DNA of 64,000 bases from Bacillota bacterium (GTDB taxonomy: Bacteria; Bacillota; Dethiobacteria; DTU022; UBA8154). The notes beneath the pieces were generated by a model. It saw nothing but the letters and a program-made list of their open reading frames with translations, had not been told where the DNA came from and ran no database searches. The position numbers and the translations under genes were made by a program. This document shows, in pieces, positions 53,477 through 64,000 of this stretch. Within the stretch, counting starts at the first letter, position 1. Every line of letters starts with the position of its first letter. The stretch covers positions 6,722 to 70,721 of the forward strand of contig DUQX01000030.1 in assembly GCA_012837615.1 (NCBI GenBank). Direction: 5' to 3'.

Positions 53477-54721
53477 ATGCATTTAAAAGAACTGGAAACC
53501 ATGAATCTGGAGGACTTGCACCGCATAGCCAAAGATAAAAATCTCAAGGGAACAGCGGGCATGAAAAAAAAGGACTTAATCTTTTTAATCCTAAAAAATG
53601 AGGCTGAGGCTGAAGGGCTACTCTTTTCTGAAGGCGTTCTCGAAATTATGCCCGACGGTTATGGTTTTTTGCGCCGGGTGAATTATCTTCCCCATGAAGA
53701 CGATATCTATATTTCTGCCTCCCAAATCAGGCGTTTTGGCTTGCGTACAGGAGATCTCGTTACAGGAAAGGTGCGCCCTCCAAAAGAAAACGAGCGTTAT
53801 TTCGCCCTCCTGCACGTAGAAGCGGTAAATAACGAGGTCCCCGATAAGGCTGCCGGACGCCCTTTTTTCTCGGAACTTACGCCGGTTCATCCTTCGGAGC
53901 AACTTATTCTGGAGAGAGAGCCTGACGAGTATGCTACCCGTATCATTGACCTGTTAATTCCGATCGGGAAGGGACAGCGGGGATTAATAGTTTCACCGCC
54001 CAAAGCAGGGAAAACTATCCTTCTTAAGAGAATTGCCAATAGCCTAACAGAAAACTATCCCTCATTGGAACTGATTGTTCTGCTTATCGATGAAAGGCCG
54101 GAGGAGGTTACCGATATGCGTAGATCTGTCAACGGTGACGTCCTCAGCTCTACATTTGATGAAAAACCGGAAAACCATATCAGGCTGGCAGAGCTGGTCC
54201 TGGAGAGGGCACAGCGTCTCGTTGAGGAAGGTATAGATGTTGTGATCCTCCTTGACAGTATAACACGTCTTACAAGGGCTTATAACCTGGTGATCCCTCC
54301 CAGCGGAAGAACGCTTTCCGGCGGAATTGATCCTGCTGCCTTCTATAAACCCAAACGCTTCTTCGGTGCCGCCCGCAATATTGAAGAAGGAGGAAGCCTG
54401 ACTATTCTTGCAACAGCGCTGATAGAAACAGGAAGCCGTATGGATGATGTTATTTATGAAGAGTTTAAGGGAACAGGCAATATGGAGCTGCATCTGGACC
54501 GCAAGCTCGCTGAACGCAGGTATTTCCCGGCCATTGATATTCCCCGTTCCGGCACCAGGCGCGAAGAATTACTGCTGGATAACCATACGCTGGAATTAAT
54601 GTGGGCGCTGCGCAGAACTATGAATGCTACTAGTTCTTCAGATTTTATTGAGGCCCTTATCGACCGCCTGAAAAAGACGGAAAACAATGCCTCTTTCCTG
54701 GCTAATCTTCATAATTTATAA
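53477..54721 (+). CDS. rho: Transcription termination factor Rho
   Basis: 414 aa. N-terminal LEDLHRIAK, an OB fold, and RecA-like Walker A PKAGKT. Confidence 0.96.
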   Translation: MHLKELETMNLEDLHRIAKDKNLKGTAGMKKKDLIFLILKNEAEAEGLLFSEGVLEIMPDGYGFLRRVNYLPHEDDIYISASQIRRFGLRTGDLVTGKVRPPKENERYFALLHVEAVNNEVPDKAAGRPFFSELTPVHPSEQLILEREPDEYATRIIDLLIPIGKGQRGLIVSPPKAGKTILLKRIANSLTENYPSLELIVLLIDERPEEVTDMRRSVNGDVLSSTFDEKPENHIRLAELVLERAQRLVEEGIDVVILLDSITRLTRAYNLVIPPSGRTLSGGIDPAAFYKPKRFFGAARNIEEGGSLTILATALIETGSRMDDVIYEEFKGTGNMELHLDRKLAERRYFPAIDIPRSGTRREELLLDNHTLELMWALRRTMNATSSSDFIEALIDRLKKTENNASFLANLHNL

Positions 54722-54816
54722 AGCCAAAAAATAAGGTGCAAATATCTCCAAATTTATCCATTTTTTACGCATAATTATTTTTCAAGTAGTAAAGAATAAC
54801 ATCTATCGACTGTTAA

Positions 54817-55860
54817 ATGTTTTCAAGGAGTGTAAGTGATTTGTGCGTAAAAAATGGAGTTTCTTGCGGTTATTCTTCTTTTTTTAGGAATGCTTTTAAG
54901 TTAGTGCAGATAATTAAAACGGCGCTGAAAGTAGCGATTATCTGTGTGCCGTTATCTCTAATAGTCTTTCCTTCGGGGGGAGCGGCAAGCACCCTTGAAG
55001 AGTCTTTGAAGCCACTGTATCTAAAACAGCTTGAATCTTATAAGAATGAGGTGGAGCTGTACAAGAGGCAGGAGGAACGGCACAGACAAGAGGAAAATCT
55101 CCGCCGGGCTTTGCAAACTCATGTTGTCCGGCAGGGGGAAACTTTGAGCATGATTGCCGGATTATACGGAACAGATGTTGAATCTGTCGCTTACTGGAAC
55201 AGATTAAGCAATCCCAACCTGATATTTCCGGAGCAGGTTCTAGATATCCTTACCATCGAAGGAACATTGTACAGTGTCCATAAAGGAGACACCCTGGAAG
55301 CGATCGCCCGTCGCTTTAGCGTTGAGCCCGGAATTATTGCCTCCTTTAACCTCCTGAATGATTCCGCCAATTTAATTGCAGGTCAAAAACTGGTTATCCC
55401 GGGAGGAAAAGTTCCTCCGGAGGAAAAAAGGAGGTTGCAGGCTACAATGCTGGCTTCGCGCGGTGTAAGGGGATATGCCGTGGGACAGGCGCCTTCTTTT
55501 CAGTGGCCTGTAAGCGGAAGAATATCTTCCCTTTATGGGCCACGTAATGGATCTTTTCATTATGGGCTGGATATTGCTGCTCCTCTTGGAACCCGGGTCA
55601 GGGCAGTGGCCGCCGGCATTGTCGATTATACAGGAACGAAAAGCGGCTATGGTTTAATGCTCACTATTAATCATGGAAACGGATGGAAAAGCCTTTATGC
55701 GCATAACTCCAGGTTGCTGGCCGGTATTGGCGAGAGGGTTTACCAAGGTCAGCCGATAGGTCTTATCGGTGCTACGGGAAATGCTACCGGTCCCCATTTG
55801 CATCTGGAAATAATCTACAACAACAATAAGCTTGATCCGCTGCTTTATTTGCCTCGATAA
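54817..55860 (+). CDS. Secreted M23 metallopeptidase with two LysM domains
   Basis: Two LysM domains (HVVRQGETLSMIAGLYG..., YSVHKGDTLEAIARRF...). M23 motifs HYGLDIAA and GATGNATGPHLHLEI. The true start is probably the internal GTG at 54904, which gives a signal peptide. Confidence 0.8.
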   Translation: MFSRSVSDLCVKNGVSCGYSSFFRNAFKLVQIIKTALKVAIICVPLSLIVFPSGGAASTLEESLKPLYLKQLESYKNEVELYKRQEERHRQEENLRRALQTHVVRQGETLSMIAGLYGTDVESVAYWNRLSNPNLIFPEQVLDILTIEGTLYSVHKGDTLEAIARRFSVEPGIIASFNLLNDSANLIAGQKLVIPGGKVPPEEKRRLQATMLASRGVRGYAVGQAPSFQWPVSGRISSLYGPRNGSFHYGLDIAAPLGTRVRAVAAGIVDYTGTKSGYGLMLTINHGNGWKSLYAHNSRLLAGIGERVYQGQPIGLIGATGNATGPHLHLEIIYNNNKLDPLLYLPR

Positions 55861-55992
55861 CGGGATAAATAATGGTGGCAGGCAGGCTGTGTTGTCCCGG
55901 GGACTATTCCTTTGCCAGGGTTTCGGAACCCCTGCCCCTTATAGGGGTTAGATTGCACGGGAAAAGGAGGGCATTAAATGGCGGTTAGCGGC

Positions 55993-56025
55993 GGCTTTTG
56001 GGTATTGCCAAAAGCCTTTTTTTTT
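55993..56025 (+). terminator. Intrinsic terminator
   Basis: GGCTTTTGG-gtattg-CCAAAAGCC followed by T9. Confidence 0.8.
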
Positions 56026-56101
56026 GCTATGATATAATTTGTCCTAAAAATATAGAAGCTTGAAGACAGTGTTTCCTGATCGGGGAAAGAGGTGAAGTTT
56101 A

Positions 56102-56302
56102 ATGAAAAAAGAGATACACCCCACATATGAAAAGACAACTATTACCTGTGCCTGCGGTACTGTTTACGAGGTGGGATCTACAAAAAAGGATATGAAAGTG
56201 GAGATCTGTTCTAACTGCCATCCTTTCTTTACAGGTAAACAAAAATTTGTGGATACGGGTGGCCGTGTGGAGAGGTTTAAACGTAAATACGGCAGGGAAT
56301 AA
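56102..56302 (+). CDS. rpmE: 50S ribosomal protein L31 (zinc-ribbon type)
   Basis: 66 aa, [19 protein letters not shown]...[13 protein letters not shown]. Preceded by an extended -10 element TGATATAAT at 56030-56038. Confidence 0.95.
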   Translation: MKKEIHPTYEKTTITCACGTVYEVGSTKKDMKVEICSNCHPFFTGKQKFVDTGGRVERFKRKYGRE

Positions 56303-56392
56303 AAAGGCTATTAGCTATGTTTTATAATCCGCAGGGCTTATGAGAGAGCCCTGCTTTTTTCGGCACGCCTTCACGGAAAGCAGGTGTCAATC

Positions 56393-57268
56393 ATGGCAGA
56401 AGAAAAATTGCTGATCGGCGGGCAGGCAGTGATTGAAGGAGTTATGATGCGCAACAAATCCAAGGTTGCTATTGCCATCAGACAGGGAGAGGGTAATATA
56501 GTCGTCCAGAAAAAAGAATATCGCTCTCCCAGCGAACGTTATCCCTTTTTGAGGCTTCCTCTTTTGCGGGGTGTGGTTGTTTTTCTGGAGTCCCTTGTTT
56601 TGGGAGTGCAAACCCTTTCTATATCTGCAGAGCAGGCCCTTGGCGAAGAAGAGGAAGAGCTCAAGGGATGGGAATTGCCGCTAACGCTGGTAGTTTCATT
56701 GGGGGCCGCTATCGGTCTTTTTATTCTACTGCCTACAGTTCTGATGAAGTACTTTAGGTATGGGTTTGAAATACCGCTTTTGATGAACCTCGGTGAAGGT
56801 TGTTTACGTCTTTTTATTTTCCTCGGCTATCTTTTCCTTATCTCGCGCTGGAAGGAAATTGGACGTGTATTTGAATATCATGGTGCGGAGCATAAGGCCA
56901 TTGCCTGCTATGAAGCAGGGGAACCCCTTACCGTTGAGAATGCACGTAAATTTACCAGGCTGCACCCGCGCTGTGGAACCAGTTTTTTGCTGGTAGTTAT
57001 GGTTACCAGTATATTGCTTTTTTCCTTTTTTGGATGGCCCGGGGTATGGCAAAGAATTGTTATTAGGCTTTTATTATTGCCCCTGGTTGCGGGTATCTCT
57101 TATGAAGGGATTAAACTGGCGAGCAAAACTGATAATATAATAACCAGGATTATTGTTCGGCCGGGGTTATGGTTACAGTTATTGACTACGAAAAACCCGG
57201 CTGACGATCAATTGGAAGTTGCGCTTTCTTCACTTGAGGCTGTCTTGCCGACAGACCTTAAGAAATAA
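56393..57268 (+). CDS. DUF1385 membrane protein
   Basis: ATG 56393 sits 10 nt after AGGTG. The track starts at GTG 56384. Conserved position upstream of prfA. Confidence 0.78.
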   Translation: MAEEKLLIGGQAVIEGVMMRNKSKVAIAIRQGEGNIVVQKKEYRSPSERYPFLRLPLLRGVVVFLESLVLGVQTLSISAEQALGEEEEELKGWELPLTLVVSLGAAIGLFILLPTVLMKYFRYGFEIPLLMNLGEGCLRLFIFLGYLFLISRWKEIGRVFEYHGAEHKAIACYEAGEPLTVENARKFTRLHPRCGTSFLLVVMVTSILLFSFFGWPGVWQRIVIRLLLLPLVAGISYEGIKLASKTDNIITRIIVRPGLWLQLLTTKNPADDQLEVALSSLEAVLPTDLKK

Positions 57269-57287
57269 ATGGAGGTCACAAGGGGAT

Positions 57288-58367
57288 ATGTGGGAAAAAT
57301 TAAAAGCTCTGGAAGAACATTTTCTTTTTTTAGAAGAAAAGCTGAGCGACCCTGAAATTATTAAAGACCAGCCGCAGTGGCAAAAGTATACGCGTGAACA
57401 TGCAGAACTGTTTGATACAATAGATAATTATCGCCGTTTAAAGAATATTGAACAGGAGTTGCAGGAAGCAAGGGATATGCTTCTTCAGGAAAAGGATAGT
57501 CTGGACGGAGAAATGCTTGTTTATTTGAAAGAGGAGATATCAAGACTATCCGGTGAGAAGGAGCGGTTGGAAGAGCACTTGAAAGTGCTCCTGCTGCCCA
57601 AAGACCCCAACGATGAAAAGGATGTAATTATGGAGCTTCGTGCCGGTACCGGAGGGGACGAAGCTGCGCTGTTTACAGCTGATTTATTGCGGATGTACCT
57701 GCGTTTTGCTGAAAAGAAGCAATGGGAGACGGAAGTTCTTAGCAATCACCCAACGGATATCGGAGGGTTTAAAGAGATATCCTTTTCTGTTAAAGGCCGG
57801 GGTGCGTATAGCTGGTTGAAATTTGAAAAAGGAGTTCACCGGGTACAGAGAATACCTTCAACGGAGTCGGGGGGGCGTATTCATACTTCGGCGGCCACCG
57901 TTGCAGTATTACCCGAAGCAGATGAAGTGGAACTGGAGATCAACCCCCAGGACTTGCGGATAGATACTTTTTGTTCTACAGGGCCCGGCGGGCAGAGTGT
58001 AAACACTACGCAATCAGCGGTGCGCATCACGCATCTGCCAACAAACACTACGGTAACCTGTCAGGATGAAAAATCCCAGTTTAAGAATCGGGATAAGGCA
58101 ATGAGGGTGCTCCGTGCGCGCCTGCTGGATAAGATGATCTCCGAGCAGCAAAAGGAGCAGGCGCAGGAAAGGCGCAGCCAGGTTGGGACCGGGGACCGCA
58201 GCGAGAGAATCCGTACTTACAACTTCCCCCAAAACAGGGTAACGGATCATCGTATCGGTTTATCCCTGCATAAGCTGGACCAAGTGCTTGAAGGGGAGCT
58301 TGACGATATTATAGAAGCGCTCATTGCGTATGACCGGACCGAACGTCTCAAGGAAGAAGCCAGGTAA
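57288..58367 (+). CDS. prfA: Peptide chain release factor 1
   Basis: The track starts at 57219; ATG 57288 ([10 protein letters not shown]...) is the likely start. PST tripeptide motif and GGQ loop ([12 protein letters not shown]). Confidence 0.95.
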   Translation: MWEKLKALEEHFLFLEEKLSDPEIIKDQPQWQKYTREHAELFDTIDNYRRLKNIEQELQEARDMLLQEKDSLDGEMLVYLKEEISRLSGEKERLEEHLKVLLLPKDPNDEKDVIMELRAGTGGDEAALFTADLLRMYLRFAEKKQWETEVLSNHPTDIGGFKEISFSVKGRGAYSWLKFEKGVHRVQRIPSTESGGRIHTSAATVAVLPEADEVELEINPQDLRIDTFCSTGPGGQSVNTTQSAVRITHLPTNTTVTCQDEKSQFKNRDKAMRVLRARLLDKMISEQQKEQAQERRSQVGTGDRSERIRTYNFPQNRVTDHRIGLSLHKLDQVLEGELDDIIEALIAYDRTERLKEEAR

Positions 58368-58426
58368 ACTTATTTATCAGGTAAACTAATTAAGAGAAAT
58401 GTTTTTTCGGGATAGGGGGCTGTTGG

Positions 58427-59293
58427 ATGACCGTTATTAAGCAGGCTATTTCGCAGGCCTTTTCTTTTTTAAGTAAGTGCCGATTGGCTTTTCCCCGTGT
58501 AGAAGCAGAGTTGATACTGGCCTTTCTTCTTCAGCAGGAAAGGCTATATTTATATTTACACGGGGAGGAAAAGCTGCCTGAACGGTTGGAAGAAGAGTAC
58601 TGGGATCTCGTCCGGCGCCGCGGAGAAGGAGAACCGCTGGCATATCTTACTGGGAAAAAGGAGTTTATGGGCCTTGAATTTCGTGTAGAAAGCGGAGTGC
58701 TTATTCCACGCCCCGAGACCGAGCACCTTGTCGAGGGTGTAATAAGCTGGTTTAAAGAGTATTGCCCGCAGCCTACAGAAGGGCATCACCGTATAATTGA
58801 TTTGGGTACAGGTTGCGGCAATATCGCCATTTCGTTGGCATATTATTTGCCTTGGGTTATGGTATCAGGGATAGATATCTCAAAAAAAGCTTTGCAAGTG
58901 GCTGCTTATAATGCCGCAAAGCATGGGCTTCAGGACCGTGTTGAATTTTTATACGGTGATTACCGGCAGATCCTTCCCAGGGAAAAACAAAAATATCAAG
59001 CAGTCGTTTCCAATCCACCCTATATCCCCGCTGATCTTCTGGCATCCCTTTCCCCGGAGGTACAGCGAGAGCCGCGTATTGCCCTTGATGGGGGCGTCGA
59101 CGGCCTGGATGCTTACAGGGCAATACTTTCCAATATTCGTGAGTATCTTTTACCGGCCGGTTTGTTAGCCTTCGAGGTGGGTGAGGGGCAGGCCGGTGCT
59201 GTTCTCGAAATGGGTCGTATGGCGGGTTTTGTTCGGAAAAACGATATTATAAAGGATTATGCCGGAATTGAAAGGGTTGTCATGCTAGCTTAA
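58427..59293 (+). CDS. prmC: Release factor glutamine methyltransferase PrmC/HemK
   Basis: 288 aa. [12 protein letters not shown] motif and the catalytic NPPY motif. Confidence 0.9.
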   Translation: MTVIKQAISQAFSFLSKCRLAFPRVEAELILAFLLQQERLYLYLHGEEKLPERLEEEYWDLVRRRGEGEPLAYLTGKKEFMGLEFRVESGVLIPRPETEHLVEGVISWFKEYCPQPTEGHHRIIDLGTGCGNIAISLAYYLPWVMVSGIDISKKALQVAAYNAAKHGLQDRVEFLYGDYRQILPREKQKYQAVVSNPPYIPADLLASLSPEVQREPRIALDGGVDGLDAYRAILSNIREYLLPAGLLAFEVGEGQAGAVLEMGRMAGFVRKNDIIKDYAGIERVVMLA

Positions 59294-59704
59294 ATTTTTT
59301 CCTGTTGAGGTGATGGTTAGCTTTCCGTGTTTGACGCCCTTGACACTGATCAGGCGTTCGGCCAATTGTCTCACTTTATCGGCGGTGCCTTTTACCGCCA
59401 GAACTTCAAGGCAGTTGTGGTGATCTAAATGCAGGTGCATTGTAGATAGAATCAGCTGATAATAATTATGCTGTAGTTCCAAAAGCAAGTCGCTTAATCC
59501 CCTTACATGGTGGTCGTAAATAAGTGTTATAGTACCTGCGACCTCTTCCTCATCGCTTTCCCATTCCAGCTCAACCAGCTGGTTACGAATCAGATCGCGT
59601 ATTGCCTCAGAACGGTTATTGCAACCTCTTTGAACGACTAACTTATCGAACTGTTCGAGAAGGTCCTCACTGATGGATACCCCAAAACGAACTAATTCCG
59701 CCAT
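59285..59704 (-). CDS. nikR: Nickel-responsive regulator NikR
   Basis: 139 aa. N-terminal ribbon-helix-helix ([15 protein letters not shown]...[10 protein letters not shown]). C-terminal metal-binding HVHLDH...C. Confidence 0.8.
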   Translation of the reverse strand: MAELVRFGVSISEDLLEQFDKLVVQRGCNNRSEAIRDLIRNQLVELEWESDEEEVAGTITLIYDHHVRGLSDLLLELQHNYYQLILSTMHLHLDHHNCLEVLAVKGTADKVRQLAERLISVKGVKHGKLTITSTGKNLS

Positions 59705-59893
59705 TTTAACCTCCCGGGAATTATTTTTAGTTGATTATTAGAATCAGGTAATAGATTAACTCAATTATAACATATTTTCATCTTTAATCTAAGTAAATTT
59801 TGGACAGAATGTCTAAAAAATTACAATTTGGCTCATACTAATAACGAAGGGATAATTGAGTAAATGTTTTTTAAATTCGGGGGGAGCGGACTT

Positions 59894-60706
59894 ATGTATA
59901 ATTATAAAAAAGTAAAGCTCAGCGGGGTGAATACTTATAACCTTCCAACTCTTAGTTGGGAAGAAATGAAGCCCCTGTTTAAAAAGATGGAAGAAGGGGA
60001 AAAAGAAGTTAGGGAAAAGCTAATAAAGTGTAATTTGAAGTTGGTTTTGAGCGTACTCAAAAAATTTTCAAATCGCGGGGAAAATATGGACGATCTTTTT
60101 CAAATTGGGTGTATTGGGTTGATGAAGGCTGTGGATAATTTTAAACTGGAACACAATGTAAATTTTTCAACCTATGCCGTTCCGATGATTCTTGGAGAGA
60201 TAAAGCGCTACCTGAGGGACAATAATTATGTACATATGAGCCGTTCGATAAAGCTAACCGCACAAAAGATACAAAATGCCAAGGAAATGTTTCTTCAGAA
60301 AAACCAAAGGGAGCCGACATTAACAGACTTGGCAGCAGAGGTGGGAATTCCGCCGGAGGAGATTGTTCTGGCATACAACGCCAATATGGAGCCGCTGTCG
60401 TTTTTTGAGCCGGTTTATAACGACAGCACGGATCCCTTACATATTATTGATTTGGTTAAAGACGTGGAAAACGATGAAGAACGTATGCTGGAAAACATAG
60501 CTTTAAAGGAAGCTCTGGAAAAGCTTAGTCCCAGGGAAAGGTATATTCTTATAGCACGCTTTTTCCAGGGAAAAACACAGATGGAGGTAGCTCAAAAGGT
60601 TGGAATTTCACAAGCCCAGATATCCAGGATAGAAAAAGCTGCTTTACGTTTTATCCGCCAGCATTACAGGGAACAGGCGACGGGTGCTCTAAGCGAAAAA
60701 ATATAG
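59894..60706 (+). CDS. sigG: Sporulation sigma factor of the SigF/SigG family, closest to SigG
   Basis: ATG 59894 sits 7 nt after GGGGGGAG. Region 2 DDLFQIGCIGLMKAVDNF. FSTYAVPMILGEIKRYLRDNN. Region 4 RFFQGKTQMEVAQKVGISQAQISRIEKAAL. Confidence 0.78.
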   Translation: MYNYKKVKLSGVNTYNLPTLSWEEMKPLFKKMEEGEKEVREKLIKCNLKLVLSVLKKFSNRGENMDDLFQIGCIGLMKAVDNFKLEHNVNFSTYAVPMILGEIKRYLRDNNYVHMSRSIKLTAQKIQNAKEMFLQKNQREPTLTDLAAEVGIPPEEIVLAYNANMEPLSFFEPVYNDSTDPLHIIDLVKDVENDEERMLENIALKEALEKLSPRERYILIARFFQGKTQMEVAQKVGISQAQISRIEKAALRFIRQHYREQATGALSEKI

Positions 60707-60730
60707 AGCTTTTTTCATCCAGGTAAGGGG

Positions 60731-61492
60731 ATGAGGGTAATGAAAGACTGTTATTATTATATCGCGAGCAAAATGATGAAAATGCGGCATTTTTTTTATA
60801 GGAGCGCGTTATTCAGATTTACTGTAATTATCCTTATTATTACGGGCGTTTTCATGATTGAATTACATCTGCCTGCTTTTATTTCTGCCAACAAGGCGGA
60901 GGAGAGGATGGAAGAAATCCAGCCGGAAAATATTATTCGCTTTCATGTAAAGGCGAATAGCAACAGTCCGGAAGACCAGGCGTTGAAAAATTATCTGGCC
61001 CAAACGATAATTAATATATACAAACCATTGTGGGGCGGATGCAGCAGTATTGAAGAGCTTCGCTCCTTGCTGGTAAAAGACAGAAAGACGATTGAAAAAA
61101 CGGCTAATGCAATCTTAATAGAAAATGGCTGTGCACACACTGTTAAAGTTTCACTTGATAAAGGCGTTTTCCCGGCACGTCTTTACGAAGGGAAGTTATA
61201 CCCACCCGGAGAATATGAAGCGCTTAATATGATTATCGGGAAAGGTGCCGGAGAAAATTGGTGGTGTGTGTTGTTCCCGCCGCTGTGCTTTAACCTTCTT
61301 CCTTCCCCTTCTCAAAAGGCAGGCGAGGATGGGGGAGATTCTATAGAAAGTAAAGATAAACAAAATCTCGATTTATTAAAAAGGGGTGACGGTATTAAGA
61401 GTGGAGAACTCAGAACGGAAAAAAATGGGGAAAAAGGAGATCATCTCAAAATAAAGCTTAGATCCTGGCTCTGGGATACTTTTTTTAGGTAA
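60731..61492 (+). CDS. spoIIR: Stage II sporulation protein R
   Basis: 253 aa. RFHVKANSNSPEDQALK and the SpoIIR signature GEYEALNMIIGKGAGENWWCVLFPPLC. Confidence 0.8.
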   Translation: MRVMKDCYYYIASKMMKMRHFFYRSALFRFTVIILIITGVFMIELHLPAFISANKAEERMEEIQPENIIRFHVKANSNSPEDQALKNYLAQTIINIYKPLWGGCSSIEELRSLLVKDRKTIEKTANAILIENGCAHTVKVSLDKGVFPARLYEGKLYPPGEYEALNMIIGKGAGENWWCVLFPPLCFNLLPSPSQKAGEDGGDSIESKDKQNLDLLKRGDGIKSGELRTEKNGEKGDHLKIKLRSWLWDTFFR

Positions 61493-61730
61493 ATATACTG
61501 TGGTTTAACTGATCCCGGAGGGACAGGCTTGCATTAGCATTGAGAAAGCGAGCCTGTCTTTTATTTCTTTATTGGTAAGATTGTGGATTAATAATTTTCG
61601 GTGAATACGTTTTATTAAAAAAGGAAAAAAGAAATGGATCGAGAATTCTTTTCTAAGAGAAAGGAAACAGGTGTTTTTTTATAGTTTTCTAGACCGGGAA
61701 CTTATCTTAATCCAGGAGGTATTGCCGTAA

Positions 61731-63335
61731 ATGTACTGGTTTATAGCTATAGGAATGCTCGGTGGCCTCGGATTGTTCCTCTTCGGCATTCAAATGATGG
61801 CTTCGGGAATGCAGAAAATGGCCGGGGATAGGCTCCGGCACATCCTGGAGATTTTCACAGGAAAACCGATAATCGGTATTTTTACGGGGTTAATTGTTAC
61901 CATTCTTGTACAGAGCAGCAGTACTACTACGGTTATGCTAGTCGGTTTTGTTAACGCCGGTTTAATGAACCTTTCCCAGGCCGTAGGGGTTATTATGGGG
62001 GCAAATATAGGGACGACCATAACTGCTCAAATAGTATCCTTTAAGCTGGAATATTTGGCACTTCCTTTCATCGGGGTTGGAGGCCTGTTTAATTTTTTTG
62101 GAAAGCGCAGGCTATATCGTTATTTAGGCCAAACTATCCTGGGGTTTGGCCTTCTGTTTATGGGCATGGAAACTATGTCTAATGCTATGTACCCGCTCAG
62201 GGAGAACGCTTTTTTCCTCAGCTACTTGGTGAGGTTCGGTGAACAGCCGCTGCTCGGGGTTCTGGCTGCGGCTCTTTTTACCGCTGCTATTCAGAGCAGC
62301 AGCGCCGCAACAGGTATAATTATCGCCCTCAGTTTACAGGAACTGCTCACCCTTCAATCAGCTATCCCGTTGATTTTAGGAACAAATATTGGTACATGTA
62401 TTACAGCGCTTTTAGCTTCTATTGGAGCTTCCCTGCCCGCCAGGAAAACCGCGTATGCGCATGTTCTATTTAACACAATAGGGGTAATTTTGATGTTGAT
62501 TCTTTTAAAACCCTTTACCTTCCTGGTTCTGGAGTCGGCGAATACGGTAGCCCGGCAAGTCGCTAACGCGCATACCTTTTTTAATGTTCTTAACACAATT
62601 GTCCTCTTCCCTTTTTTTAAATACTTTATACGCCTTGTAAATATTATTGTTCCCGGTGAAGATATAGCGGTGGATGCCGGTTCAAAATACCTTGATAAAA
62701 GAATGCTAAAAGCGCCTGCAGTTGCAATTAATTCAAGCAAACAGGAGCTTTTGAGGATGGCCAATATAGCACGCGAGATTGTAGTAGATGCGGTAGATGT
62801 TTTTTGTAGGGGGGGGCGGAAGAAAATTCCGCATATTTTACAGGCGGAAGATTTGATCGATGGGCTGGAGAAGGAGATAAATGTTTATTTGCAGGAGCTA
62901 TCACAGCATTCTCTTACCAGGCAGCAAACTAATAGCGTTTCCGGCATAATGAGCGCTGCAAATGATCTCGAGCGTATAGCTGATCATGGACGTAATATTG
63001 CCTATCTTGCAGAAATGGCGATGGATGACAAATTACAAATTTCCCCCAAGGCAAAGGAAGAAATATTTGGCTTTTTTGAAAAGGTTGCCGAGATGATGAA
63101 AAATGCAATTGACGCTTTGGCCGATGATAACGTTCACCTCGCCAGGGAAGTTGTTCAACAGGATGATATTGTTGACGAACTGGAAAGGATTTTGAGAATG
63201 AATCATATTGAACGAGTTAACCGCAAAGAGTGTGTTCCCGCTGTCGGGGTGATTTATTTAGATGTTTTAAGCAATTTAGAAAGGGTGGCAGATCATTGCG
63301 TTAACTTGGCACAGGTAGCATCAGGTGATTTTTAA
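61731..63335 (+). CDS. Na/Pi cotransporter family protein with C-terminal PhoU-like repeats
   Basis: 534 aa. Two Na/Pi-cotransporter repeats (QSSSTTT, QSSSAATG) and a C-terminal pair of PhoU helices. Confidence 0.88.
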   Translation: MYWFIAIGMLGGLGLFLFGIQMMASGMQKMAGDRLRHILEIFTGKPIIGIFTGLIVTILVQSSSTTTVMLVGFVNAGLMNLSQAVGVIMGANIGTTITAQIVSFKLEYLALPFIGVGGLFNFFGKRRLYRYLGQTILGFGLLFMGMETMSNAMYPLRENAFFLSYLVRFGEQPLLGVLAAALFTAAIQSSSAATGIIIALSLQELLTLQSAIPLILGTNIGTCITALLASIGASLPARKTAYAHVLFNTIGVILMLILLKPFTFLVLESANTVARQVANAHTFFNVLNTIVLFPFFKYFIRLVNIIVPGEDIAVDAGSKYLDKRMLKAPAVAINSSKQELLRMANIAREIVVDAVDVFCRGGRKKIPHILQAEDLIDGLEKEINVYLQELSQHSLTRQQTNSVSGIMSAANDLERIADHGRNIAYLAEMAMDDKLQISPKAKEEIFGFFEKVAEMMKNAIDALADDNVHLAREVVQQDDIVDELERILRMNHIERVNRKECVPAVGVIYLDVLSNLERVADHCVNLAQVASGDF

Positions 63336-63376
63336 GGTACTTGTAAGGTTATAATATGTAAAAAAGTGGTGGCGTT

Positions 63377-63826
63377 ATGAAGAAAAATATTTCTAAGCTG
63401 GAAAGTCATTTTAAACATTATCGCTTGACCCCGCAGCGGAGGCTGGTGCTGGAAGTTTTTCTTGAAAACAAGGAGAAGCATTTGAGCGCTGAGGATGTCT
63501 ACCAGCTCAGCAGGCAGAAGGAAGAAATTGGCCTGGCTACAATTTATCGCACGCTGGATTTATTTGAAGAATTGGGCCTTTTGACTAAAATTAATTTTGG
63601 GGACGGTCGCAGCCGGTATGAACTGGCACAGGATAATTTGAATGAACCCCATAACCATCACCATCTAATTTGTATTAATTGCGGGCGCATTTTGGAGGTC
63701 GAAGAGGAGTTGTTCCATAAGTTGGAGGAAATAGTAGAAAGAAAACACGAGTTTTCAATCGTAGACCATAACCTGCAGTTTTTTGGATATTGTAACCGAT
63801 GCCACTATGCGAGTAAAGACCTATAA
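63377..63826 (+). CDS. Fur-family metalloregulator (PerR/Zur-like)
   Basis: 149 aa. Winged helix. HHHLICINCGR...C...C structural-zinc motifs. Confidence 0.88.
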   Translation: MKKNISKLESHFKHYRLTPQRRLVLEVFLENKEKHLSAEDVYQLSRQKEEIGLATIYRTLDLFEELGLLTKINFGDGRSRYELAQDNLNEPHNHHHLICINCGRILEVEEELFHKLEEIVERKHEFSIVDHNLQFFGYCNRCHYASKDL

Positions 63827-64000
63827 GGAAAATACTTGAAACCCAATAATAATACACGAAACCCAGCCTGGGCGAGCCGGTAACAAAAAAATTGAATTTT
63901 AAGGCAACCTCCCTAAACATTGAATACATCGACGCTTATAAGATAGCTTGAAAAAGTCTTATCTAATGTACGCTAAAGTTAAGAATTAAGGGCGTAAAGG

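Overview
This window is the chromosomal replication-origin neighbourhood of a low-GC (about 40% by eye), endospore-forming Firmicute. All calls come from reading the sequence and the six-frame track by hand. Several start codons were moved off the track coordinates where an internal ATG or GTG has a better-placed ribosome-binding site; each move is noted in the evidence.

Gene order, left to right:
- Minus strand: a partial FAD-dependent oxidoreductase, then gyrA, gyrB, a DUF370 protein, a DUF721 protein, recF, dnaN and dnaA.
- DnaA-box clusters flank dnaA on both sides, forming a bipartite origin.
- Plus strand: rpmH, rnpA, yidD, yidC, jag, mnmE, rsmG, noc, parA, parB. No mnmG sits between mnmE and rsmG.
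- A perfect parS consensus lies inside a 50-bp perfect palindrome between parB and yyaC.
- Then yyaC (minus), adk, a DUF951 protein, ychF, an AI-2E family transporter, rpsF, ssb, rpsR, rplI, a Lon-family protease gene overlapping dnaB, and dnaB.
- An M23/LysM peptidase, then walR, walK, yycH and yycI. These are followed by murA, a histidine phosphatase, htrA, a metalloenzyme-domain protein and rlmH instead of the usual walJ.
- A roughly 1.5-kb stretch (39896-41430) with no credible ORF, several stable hairpins and a strong intrinsic terminator. This is the best candidate in the window for an undescribed non-coding element.
- A thiolase, cysK (minus), an MBL-fold hydrolase, a polyamine cluster (pyruvoyl-dependent arginine decarboxylase, speE, speB) and pyrG.
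- A membrane protein, then fba, a transaldolase, glpX, a Ca2+/Na+ antiporter, rho, a second M23/LysM peptidase, rpmE, a DUF1385 protein, prfA and prmC.
- nikR (minus), a SigG-like sporulation sigma factor, spoIIR, a Na/Pi cotransporter and a Fur-family regulator.

No rRNA, tRNA, CRISPR array, insertion sequence or prophage was seen. Other points worth checking are a probable AUU start for rlmH, a structured leader with terminator upstream of the metalloenzyme gene, and direct-repeat operator-like arrays in two promoter regions.
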